From Microthyrium microscopicum (taxonomy: Eukaryota): 64,000 nt of DNA. Positions within the stretch are counted from its first letter, which is position 1, and each line of letters opens with the position of its first letter. Below are positions 1-11,779 of this stretch, in pieces. A model generated the notes under the pieces. It was not told the origin of the DNA. It was given only the letters and a program-made list of their open reading frames with translations, and made no database searches. The DNA lies in assembly GCA_010405405.1 (NCBI GenBank), contig MU004235.1:1316538-1380537 (forward strand), read 5' to 3'. A program made the position numbers and the translations under genes.

Positions 1-1190
1 TTCCAAGCGTCGATAGTTTTGGTGTCTTCAAAGACATAAGATGTTCCACCGGCAATTTTGAAAATGCGAGCTATTGGATGTAGATCCGTCGAATTCCAGT
101 CTATACTCTTCCACTTCAGCACTGGTGTCCATGGTAGAGCGCGCATTTTCATTGCCTTCTCCCAAATGTCACCAAATGATCGAACCGCCCTCTGTCCTGC
201 TACGGCATGGATACACCCGCGAGTACGCAGTGCAGTGTGCACAAGGATCCGATTCACAACCACATCGACGGGAACTTCGTCAATTTTGCTCTGAGCTGCA
301 GGATCATCAAAAGGTGATGCCCAGGTCATGCTCATTGACGTGCAAAGCACGCAGGCAGCAAGCATACCAGTTGCTGGCGCTGATCCTCGGATCTCATAGT
401 AGGGATAAGGCTCTCTAAGGGCAGGCCCAATAATAGAGGGCCTCACAATCAACAGCTGATCCACGTTGGCCGAGAAGTATTCAGTAAGTATTCTCTCTGT
501 AAGGTTTTTGGCGTATGAGTAAGGGTACGGGAAATTCGCTTTTTCAAAAGCAGTTGTGGAACCGGTTGCCAATAGTTCTTCGAGTTCCTGCTCTGGCTCA
601 ACAGGAGAAAGGGGATATATCTTCTCACTTATTGTAGTTTCAACATACTCGTTGACCATATGCAGGTGCGCGTTTGAATAGGCCGTTGAGATGTAAACGA
701 ATCGATCAACTCTCGGAGAGGCGATAGCCAGCTTTGCTAATTGAAGAGTTGGATATATGACGCTTTTTGCTATCTTCGGCAATGGATGAATGAGATTGAT
801 AGACGATGCTGTATGGATAATGATGGAGCATTCCGATAAGGCTTGAAGAGCGTCCTGATTGAGACCTAAGCTTTGCTGGGTAAGGTCTCCATTTACAGCG
901 TAGATGCGCCTACTATTGCGCAATCGTTCCCACGTTTGCAATGGCAAAGCTGATTGAAGCTGGCTCCACAGCCGTCTGCTTTCAAATTAGCACGTTCAAG
1001 ATCTGCTGTACAAGGAGAATTTCCCGTAGACTTACTGCTCCCCCCCTCGAACCAATGCAACGACCTTTTCACATGGCGTTGACATGACTAACTTGCAAAG
1101 CAGAGCGCATCCAACAAACCCTGTTGCCCCAGTCAGAAACACGTTACGACCCCGATAGTAAGAAGTGTTGAGCTGTGCCATGTGCTCCAT
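1..1190 (-). CDS. Fatty acyl-CoA reductase (male-sterility / NAD_binding_4 family), 3' end outside the window
   Basis: Manual translation: MEHMAQLNTSYYRGRNVFLTGATGFVG (Rossmann TGxTGF), intron 976-1035, then IIHTASSI, FVYISTAYSN, YPYSYAKNLTE (YxxxK), IVRPSIIG, DEVPVDVVVN. Absent from the ORF track, apparently because it runs off the window edge. Confidence 0.88.
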
Positions 1191-1912
1191 ATTGAATCAT
1201 ACGCAAATCCAAGTAGTCTAGGTAGACAAGTCCACAGAGCGATTCAACTTTTCAACATCTTTATGATAACTTTTCACGTGCTATAGATTATGGCAAGACA
1301 CTGTTTAGTAAGTGATTTGCATGACGTAGATCCTCCATATCTGACTACAGGCTAAACGATGGTAGACAGATGCTCCGCGGAATTCATTACGTTAGATCTG
1401 CAGAAATATCCGGAGAGCTCACAGAAGGCTCGCTTGCATGATCGAACAGAGATTGTAGTTAGAATATCCCGCCTTTACGCCCTCGACCCTTCTGCAATCG
1501 CTCATCGATAGACCTGAATGCGAATGATGATTGGTGGGATGCTCCAATTAGTGGTCATGCAATGTAACCAAAAATCTGTCACCTTGCATCATCCTGGATT
1601 GCTGCATTCGGTATACGTATAGACTTGGCGAGCCCAATCAAGAAGTAGGCTAAGGTGCACTCACCGCATTGAGCATACATTCATGCCAGCGCTTCGCGTT
1701 TGGATCGCGGACCAGCGTGCGACAGAATATGGCAGCCATTTGGATGCGACTCCGAGTGACTGCGATGTCTGCCATAACACTTCTCGAATGATATCTCGAC
1801 CAGTACTTTCCATTAGGTATATCATTCAATCAGTCTGTCTAAACGAATTGTTCCCTACTCTCCTAGTCTAAGAGAACAAAGAATCTTCACCATTACCAAT
1901 TATTACAAATCA

Positions 1913-2909
1913 CTACGCTCTTTTGGGCATCCATTTCCAGATAGCCATTACAACGACTAGCATTGGCACCGTGTATCTAAGCACCCGCCTGACACTCATG
2001 TAGATCGCTACCTTCCACAATTGCCTATGTGTGTCCATAAACTCCTTAGGTGTATTACCTGTGGGGAAACTGGAAGTTGGCACTGGCAAATCCAAGAACT
2101 GACACAACGGCTCCCAGCCCTGACTCACTCGATACTCTAGAATCCTGGTTGAATCAGTCGATGCTCGAACATTTTTGTTGTGCTCGAGATAACGCTGCTT
2201 GCAAAGTTCGCCTCGGTCCCCGCTACAGAATACCTGCCATATCAGGTTGACATGCTTGAACCAACGTCCACAAAGTCTTGGTTCGGTGTATTGCAACAGT
2301 TTCCAGGAGGGCCACTTGAACACGGTGAATAATGTCTTGTTCATTGACATCAACCATTGGTCAGGGTCATCGCGCACGTTGAGAATGACTTTGGCTTCAG
2401 GATAGGCCATAACAAGTTCGTCCACGAACAAGCAGCATGGGATGTCAAGCACCGCCTACAATGATGTTCAGTGTTTGTGCGCAGGCGGCAACGACAAGGG
2501 GTGTCAATAACTAACATCAAATTCGGCCGTAACTCGATCAAAGTCCGCCTTTTCCCATTGCCTTCCCTGACCGTGGTACTTGGCACGGATAGCCTCGTCC
2601 CAAAGGTGAAAATGCTCCTTGTAAAAGCGATCAATAAAGTCGTACGGACTGAAGCCAAGTTGCTTTAAAGCTGCGGCTAGTGCTGCGGCCCGATTGATTA
2701 GCGGATCGCTCAGACGCGGCTCGTCCCACAGATGGAGCTAGTACTGATTCATACTAGGGTGACATACAAGTGGTCCCTGTTCTCCCCATTCCGAGACAAA
2801 GCACTTTCATTGGTTTCTGTCGAACAATTCCATCCCTCTCATCTTTCTCAATGGATTCTAGCAAGCTTTGTACTCGCTCGAACTCAGGGTGTTCAACATT
2901 CGATGCCAT
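1913..2909 (-). CDS. Sulfotransferase-family P-loop protein (Sulfotransfer_4-like) with C-terminal TM helix
   Basis: Exon 1 MASNVEHPEF...KPMKVLCLGMGRTGTT (PAPS-binding loop), two introns, then AVLDIPCCLFVDELVMAYPEAKVILNVRD..W..SM and GWEPLCQFL, ending in a hydrophobic tail. Confidence 0.85.
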
Positions 2910-3346
2910 GGTGCTGGCTTGGTGTATGGAAGTTTTGGATGTAACTTTGTTTTCCCAAATTCATTCAATTAGTCCATAAAATAAAACTTGGGGATAATTT
3001 TGCATTCATCTGAAAACCATGAAGTCTGAAGACTGTCTTATAGGGCGACTTATCATCCCACTACATCTTCGGCCTTGAGTTGTCGATCTCTTGTCGTGCA
3101 TCCTGAGCTGAATAAAGAGAATACCGATATTCAAATATAAGTATGCATACAGTCTGACGCTGATCATAACACTTGTAATGGCGATGGCTTAGCTCAATAT
3201 CATGCAGAGCATCATCCTATCGCCAAAAGGTACTGCATTAGAAGGGCGCTGGAAATGGACCATTCAGCTACTGTTTTTGTATGTGAAGCGGAGATAGCAG
3301 CTGAATCACGCTTCTCTATCGTGCACTCGTTGCCAAATCACAGTTT

Positions 3347-3525
3347 TAATGGCAAGGCAAAATAAATGGTGTACTCTCATCAGCTCTAGACACTCTGCTA
3401 TATTATCGAGTGGTTTATTCGATATTCATCAGATACGATAGAAATTGAAGCATCTTGTAGTTAGCAGCGCTGGTGGTAGCCATCAGAGTTGATGGGAGTA
3501 CGCCACTTATCTTGCCATATCGTTT
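3347..3525. mobile_element. MITE, CAAC...GTTG family, degraded copy with internal deletion
   Basis: Left end taatggcaaggcaaaataaatggtgtactctcatcag and right end gttgatgggagtacgccacttatcttgccatatcgttt are inverted repeats matching the 61239-61450 copy, with several C>T changes. Confidence 0.8.
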
Positions 3526-3873
3526 AGATTATCCGGTAAATTGGCAGAGTGCATTGCACACATGTGGCGATCAGTGAAAGAGGATGTCGCCCTGAGGTCA
3601 TGCGCAGATGTAATATGCGAGAATGATGATATTTTCACACTCAATGCGTCGTTACATCACAATGGATGTTCAGGTCTTATCTTTTCTTATTCAACGGAAA
3701 TGAATAATGTGTGTCTTATCTTAGGCCAGAGTCGTGCTCGAAATCTGGGTGCAGATACTCCTTGTGGTCTATTGCCACGCACAACTTTGCAATTCTTATA
3801 AACGTTTCACTACCTACCTAAGTACCCAAGTGATTTCCGTGATAATTGGAAAACCCACTAGCAATCAAGACAG

Positions 3874-5766
3874 ATGGATACATCAAAATACGATATCAAG
3901 CTTAGTCGTCGTTCGGGGGGCAAAAAGATTTCTGTTTGGCGTATCAACACACTTCTTCGATATCTTTGTTTGGTCTGTGCCGTCTCCAATGCTTCCTACA
4001 TTTGTTATCGTACGTGGTCGACCCTCTCGACCAAGAGTATATCAATCGCAATATGGCTCGTTTTGCTATGCGAGATTGGATTATCACGTAAGCTTTTCAT
4101 TTTCTATCCATAGGCTGCTGGTTGACAATTATCAGTGCCCCATATACTTGCCTGCTTGCATGAAGCAGATATGTGCGCAAAATTCTCCGGCTGGAGACCT
4201 TCTTTGCGTCTTGCCGGTGATAATGTTCCAACCGTTGATGTCTTCATCACCTACTGCGGCGAGGGACTGGACGTTCTTCTGGACACAGTACACGCATCGT
4301 GTGCTTTGGACTATCCTCGCGAAAGCTTCCACATATATATCTTGGATGATCATGGATTCGATGGTGTCAGAGACGCACTGAAAGATGTTCAGGAAAAATT
4401 CTCTAATTTGCACTATGGCTGCAGAGGAGAAAAAGTTACTACGCATTCAAAGGCGGCGAACCTCAATTTCGGCGTTGAATATAGCGAGAAGCAATCCGCG
4501 TCCGAATTTCTTGCAGTTCTTGACGTCGATATGATTCCCAATCAAAACTGGCTTCGAGCTATGCTTCCCCATATTCTAAATGACGATCATGTGGCTCTGG
4601 CGAACCCTCCACAAGATTTCTACAACATACCAAAGAATGACATTCTCGGGGGGTCTTTCGAATTCAGATGGCTATCAGATGTCTTTATGCCGATGCAGGA
4701 CTGCGCAGGAAAGGCATGGTGTACAGGATCTGGCTTTGTGGTCAGAAGAAGAGCGATAGCCGATATTCAAGGCTTTCCAACGGCAACACTTGCGGAAGAT
4801 GTTCTAACATCAACACTGCTGTCAGGAAAGGGCTGGAGAGTCGTCCATGTCCATGAAGTACTACAGTGGGGATTGGCACCCACGGGCTTAGGAGGCATTC
4901 TGAAGCAACGTCAAAGAATGGCGGCAGGAATCGTCTCTGTGGCACTCCTCGGTCGGAGCTCAAAAGGTCGAGAGATTGGAAATGGGCAGAAAGCAGACAA
5001 CATGGCAATTGCCGTGATATACTCATTCGCTGCCATTGTTATCGCATCCTCGTCCATTTCAATCCCAATACTTATGGCTGCTGGATCTCAATTGATACAA
5101 TTCAAGACTCATACACAGTTATTGATTTGCTTTTGGCTTGGAAGTTTCGATTGTGTCTGTCAGTTATTCTATGGCATTGTTGAGAGCTCTCTGTCCGATT
5201 ATCGACTTCCAATCCTCAATCGCTTCAAAGGCTTATGGTCGGTACCCCATCGCCTACTATCTGTCTTTCAAGCACTCTACAGGGATGGGGACACAAAATT
5301 CAAGCCAACTGGACTCTCACTGCGCAGCGAGGAGATCCTGTACACCAGCGCTCTCCGAAAGAGGCTCAACTATGTTTTCCTTGAATGTTATCTTTTCGGC
5401 CATTTTGTTATTCTTCTGGCATGTCTACTAGGAGCATGGAAAACTTTCCAGCCGTTGACACGCATTTCGTTTTCAAAATCTTCGTCGCAAGCAGTATGGA
5501 CGGAGTTAATGCTTCAAGCTGGCTGGCCTCCTTTGTTACTCTTCTGGACGTCCGTTCTCGCGAACGCTTGGGTTCCTCTGTATTATGGGATTGCTCCTCC
5601 GAAACCTATTCTTAGACAAAGCCTTCTGAAACACTGTCCGAAATCAAATGCGCTAGTGCCGACCGAAACAGCTAAAGAGAACGATGAGCAACCGGTTACG
5701 CAGTGGCAGGGCCTATGGGTTGGTCTGTGGGTAGTGATGGGGGGAGCATGGTGTATTGTGCTGTAG
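3874..5766 (+). CDS. Glycosyltransferase family 2, cellulose-synthase-like membrane protein
   Basis: Exon 1 3874-4087 (two TM segments), intron 4088-4134. Motifs DVFITYCGE, HSKAANLN, DVD, AED and QRQRM (QxxRW variant), plus multiple C-terminal TM helices. Confidence 0.9.
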
Positions 5767-5970
5767 CGGTGGAGATGAGGCTCAGTGAGATTGTGAAAGC
5801 TTCGCCCCGTGGGCTACTTTTCGTTTGCCAGCTGAAACGTGGATCTAGTGTTGAATTTGCTGCTTCATCATGGAATATCTATTTTCATTGCTTCCAAAAT
5901 GCATGCATACCTAGTAGAAACATGCTGTTCTACGATACAATTCCGCTACTTTAGTTCAGAGAACAGAACC

Positions 5971-6004
5971 ACTTTACTTTACTTTACTCTACCTTACTTT
6001 ACTT
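5971..6004. repeat. (ACTTT)n simple repeat
   Basis: actttactttactttactctaccttactttactt. Confidence 0.7.
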
Positions 6005-6155
6005 CAAGAAGAGCATCTCAACTTCTTAAGCAAAAACTTAGAGTTGTTCAATTGACTTTCCACATGCAATAAGTAGTTAACACGATACGGGAGGTGATAG
6101 CGAGATAAATCGCAAAACACGATATCGTCATAGACTATTGAGGAATTAACTTGTT

Positions 6156-6970
6156 TCAAACTCTACAAAGCATCCCGTTTTTATCCTCCCAGCGTTCATT
6201 CACAGCACAAGCTTCGCACCAGAGAACGTCTTCTAGATCAACCTCTCGCTTGATCTCAAGAAGCCGAGGATAGTTGGTGCCCCAGAAAGCTTCCTGGAAA
6301 TCCGGCTCATATGTATGTGCCAGAATCACTACGTGTCAGCAAGTCTTTACACAAGTCAATGTATACCTTACTTCGTTAAGATAAATGCCCGAATCTGGTG
6401 CCAGTTCTCGTAGAGCAGCTGACCAATTATACGTCAACTTCTCAAGTGCTTCTGCTTTGGCGGTTGCATTCAACGGCGGCCAAACAACCCCTATTACTGT
6501 TTGCCTGTCAGATCACTTGCCTTTCGGCATAATAATACGTGTACGTACTTGAAAGAGTCCTCTATGCTGGGCTGATGGCACTGAAATTACTGGGGTAAGC
6601 ATGTGTTCCTGGGCCAGCTACAACATTGAATGCGACTGCTCCCGACCTGGCAGCCTGTTGTATGAGCCTGCTGAAGTTGGCATTATTCAATGCTCTGTCG
6701 TCTAGAATCCTGGATGCAAAGGCGATATCAATGCCAGCCGGAGTCGCGGCATCGGTCTGATGCTCAAGATACCAATCGTAGTAAGACGACCAGTCGTGTG
6801 CTTCCAAAATTTCCGATTGGATGTCAGAGCCATACGAGGAGTTGAAATGCTGTGCGAGTGGGTTGACAATTGCTAGAATCTCATCGAGTGTTTGAGTTGG
6901 CCCCTGAAACGTGCCAGAGAAAACCGATGGAGTGGTTACGTTACCCGGTACAGCACTGGCATACACTTAC
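6156..6970 (-). pseudogene. 5'-truncated FAD-linked oxidase (berberine-bridge-enzyme C-terminal domain)
   Basis: ASRILD, SPA*R (conserved PAWR with TGG>TAG at 6562-6564), SGIYLNE, YEPDFQEAFWGTNYPRLLEIKREVD...ERWEDKNGMLCRV*. No FAD-binding N-terminal exons are visible upstream, and a MITE end lies at 7012. Confidence 0.8.
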
Positions 6971-7011
6971 TACTGTTAGTAGGATTTTGCTACCTAGACT
7001 TTAGTGCCAGA

Positions 7012-7115
7012 CAACCGGGGGCCAAAATAACTGGCGTGCTCCCATCGAGTCCGATGGCTCCCACATAGCACGCTTTGCTATTAAGTGCTTTATTCCATTC
7101 CCATAAACGGCGTTC
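7012..7115. mobile_element. MITE, CAAC...GTTG family, left end (right end degraded or absent)
   Basis: caaccgggggccaaaataactggcgtgctcccatcgagtccgatggctccc...aagtgctttatt aligns with the left arm of the other copies. Confidence 0.65.
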
Positions 7116-8971
7116 ACACTACTACAGTTTGTTAAACGCAACAGAAAGTCTTTGTAAGAAGGGGTGTCTTCAGCTTAGAGTTGAACTTCATGACGGGGAA
7201 GGTGATTATGTCGCCCTTGGTATTTTGACTCCTTGTTTGTGAGAGCGTCGAGGGGCCACTTGTTGTACAAGTATAAGACTTATCCAAGCAGAAGGTCATA
7301 CAAGCAAAATGGAAAAGTAAGATACACAGAAACACTTCTAGAACCAGCCATGAACAGAAGGTATATCGCTCTCTTGTACCTGCCCAGATAATCACCAACA
7401 TTACAACGATGGACTGCAATAACTGTATATCATAAAGCTCAAGACGTTAAATACTAGCAAAGCTGGACAACAATGGCTTTCCCAGTTTAAAGCTTTAGAT
7501 AACGCCGTGTTACGGCTCATAAAACAGAATTGGCTGCTTGTTATTGATATGTGCGGCTCTGCACGGGTTGAACGAACATGGCAGCCCCTGTGAAACAGTC
7601 CATAAACTTATACTTGGAGGATTCGCCCACTTTCGCCAGGTTCACCAATATCAAGCATAGGCCAAAATTTAATGGAACCCTCTAATGCCCAACGTACGAA
7701 CATACCTTGCTTTGGATTCGAAAACATCCGCAGTGAATGGGTTCCACCAGAATGAAACAGGTAGGCATCTTGGACGATGATAGCATAGGCTCGATACCAA
7801 TCATGCATTTTTTCCAGAATAGATGGCGTGAACAATGGCATAATCATGCACATCTGCCACCATATACATCTGGCTTCTTTGAATGGCTTCGTTTGAATTC
7901 TTTATGGCCGAAGCAACAGAGGAGGCTGGGAGAGCTGAGGTGGCTTGCATATCGACGAAATAGCGGAGGTTGACAGTTGTCAATGCCTACATATGTATTG
8001 TTGGGGTTTTTACTCGAGTGTGACGTTAGTTCTCAATTGGTAGAAACTTAGTTCTTGGGTATTATGCAGCTCGATTTGGTTTACGTCTGAACTGTGCGGT
8101 ACGGACCGTCCGCTTGTTAGACGAAGAGCCTTCTAGGATTTTGATGTACTTACCAATCCCACTGCTATGAAGAGCATTATATGGTCAAGGCCGTCAAACT
8201 GTACTTACCTACTTGCCTGTTTTCCATTATAATTACTTCTTGGGCGCAGTGATTTTGTGAAAATTTGCTGGCTCCATAGGCCTGAGGATAAGCCAAGTTC
8301 TATTGCGAGTACATGATACTGTAAATATCGTAACGAACTCCGGTATGGAACCGCGGAAATAATGCATTGCATAATGTGCAAACCTCTAGTGAGGAGGTTG
8401 TAAGAAGGTTGATGAAGCAAGGTAGTAGAGCACAAGCGTCGAAGCCGGAACATGCCTCCGATTGGTCATGGAGAGCTCAGAGGTGATCATCTCAGCCTTT
8501 AAATCCCACTAGTGTATAGACATAGATCGAATCGTATGATCTGTGACCAGGAAATGGCTGGACTATAGCCTGCAGGGCTGCAGGGCTACTGTAGATCTTT
8601 ACTTTGAGAAGTTCAGTACTGGCTGATCATTACATCTCGTTACTGCAAGTCTCAGCCAGCTCTTGAACTTCATGCATGCATCGTGAGAATTTAAAGTTTA
8701 GATTTGTGGCTCGTCGGATCTCCAACAAAATGGACAATCAACCAACAGATCGCGATGTTTTATGGCTGGCGGTGTGCAAAAGGGTAATGCAGATCTCCCA
8801 AACGTCACCTCGCATTTCCTCAATCCGGAAGATGGGAATATTGTGGAGAAAACTATGAAGCTACAGCTTAGATGTATCCACTGGCGTCACTAGGTGAAGC
8901 TCTTAAGCTCCTGTTTCCGCTTCCTTGAATGGAGCCTTTTTTAGAATCCTCATCAATTGATATCAGCAAAT

Positions 8972-9296
8972 ATGGGCGTGTAAGTTTACAATCAAAAATG
9001 GCACATTGCAGCCAACTGATCCTTAACTTACCAGAGATCTCCTTGACAAACCCGAAAACACGCCCTTGGGCCGTCGTCGTCAGCTCAGCGACATGACCAA
9101 GATGTCCGATGATGAATTGAAGAATCTCACACCAGCGCAAATTCGGTCTGCACTCAAGAATGGTGCCGACTTGGACGAGTCAGGAAAGCCAAAGCAGAAA
9201 GATAGCAGTTTGAAGATTCGCATCGAATTGGATTTGGAAGTCGAGGTACACTTGACTGCTCGTGTACAGGGTGATGTTACTATTGGCTTGCTGTGA
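8972..9296 (+). CDS. Small conserved fungal hypothetical protein (~89 aa)
   Basis: ATG 8972, intron 8980-9034 (gtaagt...ccag), giving MGVDLLDKPENTPLGRRRQ...SLKIRIELDLEVEVHLTARVQGDVTIGLL*. I recognise this C-terminal motif from uncharacterised ascomycete proteins. Confidence 0.75.
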
Positions 9297-9791
9297 GAGC
9301 GTCCGTACCAGCCCTTGGAACAGAATAGTGGTGGTTGCTAATTCTTCGCAGAACAGAATGAGCGGCCAAACAGTGCTCGAATGGAGTCGTGGAGAGTTAT
9401 GAAGCTGAGCAACGAGAAACTAGGAATGAATTCACGTTTCAATCAGGTGGAATTGTCATACTGGCCATCAACCGAAAAACTGTATATATTCAAGATCAGT
9501 AATAACAGGTACACCTCGTTTCCTTGACGATTGCTTCGTATGCTATGTGAACGCGAAAAACCAGATTTGTCCTTGCATTGCGCCACATCAAGAGATCAGC
9601 CGAGCCTGTATAAAAACGGCATTGATCACGATTTTCATGCACTCCTCCACGTACCGTATAGTGGAGCTCCCTTGTCCTGCATCTTCATGACCTAAAGTTT
9701 GCAACCTCCAATGATTCACAATTCCCCCTAACATACATTGCATTTTACTTGACCTTTCAAATTATTACTGAGTTCTCTTTGGCACGACATC

Positions 9792-10499
9792 ATGGTCTTT
9801 GGACTCCTCACAGCAGTCGCAGCATGCCCAGCCATCATCGGCACTACCGAAGCAATTCGCCACGGCCAAAAGGAAAACAATCGCGAAGAACATCGAGGTC
9901 GTAAATACAACCTACAAGTCAGTTTGCTCCACCGAAGTGCCTATTCACCCTACTTTGAAAAGGCACCCATCGTACTCAAAAACAACAAACTCTACGTCGA
10001 CACTAGAAAGGATATTCGGAATGACCATTATTTCCACGCAGCAGTAAATTACCTTCCATTTCCAGGAAAGAAGGAAGTTTGGCGAAAAGCTGGATTCGCA
10101 CTTGGAGAAGGATTAGTCACTTTGATCAATGACGAGAGAGTTCTTAACTGGGTTTATGTGGACTCAAATACGCATGAACTCAAATACGGTATAAGGGCGG
10201 AAGCAGAGCCTCACATCTGCGGGCCTTGGGACTGTACGAAACTAGAAAGAAGGTTGACTTTCCAATTATGGGAAGGTTTCATTGTGGTGGAGGAAGAGCC
10301 TGATGATGACTTGTGGGCGCTATATTTTGATTGTGAAGATGATGGATTGACTGGGAAGGATCAAATTGGAAATCAAAACAAGCGGATGCTGGAAGTACAA
10401 GTTTTGAGAAAGGAGATGAGAAGGGACATGGCTGATGCAATGCATGAGCGTATTGAGCGAATGGAGCAAAGGGAAGAGCTAGGCGTCACTGTAGAATAA
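9792..10499 (+). CDS. Conserved fungal hypothetical protein (235 aa)
   Basis: Intronless ORF, MVFGLLTAVAACPAIIGTTEAIRHGQK...LNWVYVD..THELKYG...GPWDCT...WEGFIVVEE...WALYFD. Confidence 0.8.
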   Translation: MVFGLLTAVAACPAIIGTTEAIRHGQKENNREEHRGRKYNLQVSLLHRSAYSPYFEKAPIVLKNNKLYVDTRKDIRNDHYFHAAVNYLPFPGKKEVWRKAGFALGEGLVTLINDERVLNWVYVDSNTHELKYGIRAEAEPHICGPWDCTKLERRLTFQLWEGFIVVEEEPDDDLWALYFDCEDDGLTGKDQIGNQNKRMLEVQVLRKEMRRDMADAMHERIERMEQREELGVTVE

Positions 10500-10563
10500 A
10501 TGTGTATGGTGGGTGTTTAATTCTCATCTAACAGAGCAAATCGATGAACAAAACCTCTTCGCA

Positions 10564-11779
10564 TCATTTCTTAGTCGCAGAATCCTCTGTTTCTTTCTCT
10601 GTGGTGGTTGTATTCGCTTCTTGGTTTGCAGAGGAGGATGGCTCTGCGTTCCGATCACTCAGGATGGATCCAACATCCCACCTGGTGATGGCGTGGTGGC
10701 CAGCCTCCCACTTCTTCAAAAGTACTGGATCATATCCACTCGGTATGCTCATTGCTGGCTTCTTTTGCTCTGGTCTTTTGATCTCTAGTCGGCCCATACC
10801 CGAGAAGCGTGATCCAGTTGTTGCTGCTTTCGCGACTTCTTCCTTCGCTGCTGCGAGCTCTGCCTCCAGGCGCCTATTCTCTTCAGACAATTCGCTGTCA
10901 CTGCGTGATTCCTTCTTTGCTTTAGCGAGCTCGTCGGCAAGTTCTCGATTTTCCTTCGCGAGTGCTTCGCTATCACCAGCTGCTGCAAGTCTTTTTTCTT
11001 TTTCTGTCAGCTCTTTCTCGCGAGCCTCGAGTTCTTTCTCTTTCTTCTCAAGTTCACTACCAGTAGAACCACTACTTGTACCTGCTTTCTCTCGTTCTCC
11101 CAGAGCCTTAGTTCGTGCTTCCAGCTCTTTCTTCTTCTCGTCGAGTTCTTCCTCTCTCTTCTTCATTTCTTCGGAGAATGAACCTTGAGCATCTTTTTCT
11201 CGGGCGTCCAATTGCTGCTTTCGGTCACCAAGTTCTTTTTCTCTCTTCTTGACCTCCTCCATCAGCTTTTCTGCCTCTGAATTCTTTTTCTCGTCGTCCT
11301 TGCCCACCTGAGACAAGAAGCCTGGCGATTTCGCATCTTGCAGGAAAAAAGTGAGTGCATGAATCCAGCCTTGCTGCTTTGGCCACATATATATCACATT
11401 GTTGTCACCAAGGCCTCCTCCCGCATTCGCCAAGTATGCATCTGGAAAATCAAGACACTTCAGCCTGTAGGATGGAGTCAGTAAGTTGTGTCAATTTGAA
11501 CAGCTTCTCATACCAATAGGAATCATAAGCTTGACCCGGCTCAGCTCGCCAGTACTGCTTTTCCCCAGTCTCAACCGGGGCAGAAGCTTGACCTCCCTTT
11601 GCACGAAGATATTTTCCATCTGCATTACAGCGGATGGCAAACTCATTTTCTGATCCTTCTTTCCGCTCAATAGTCCAGCGTTGGGCATCGCTGTTGTCCG
11701 GTTTCTTGTTTAAGATTCTTTCGCCGGATTTCGTGAGACAATTGCCGTAGGCAGAAACCGTAGTAATATAGACGGACAT
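10564..11779 (-). CDS. Ricin-B / beta-trefoil-like lectin domain plus coiled-coil protein
   Basis: ATG 11779 (MSVYITT), intron 11465-11513 joins the two ORFs. QRW and QYW motifs, followed by a long K/E-rich coiled coil. Confidence 0.7.

Noticed and set aside
6562..6564. TAG at a conserved Trp as an A-to-I editing-rescued stop
   Set aside because: The gene also lacks its 5' half, so editing would not restore function.
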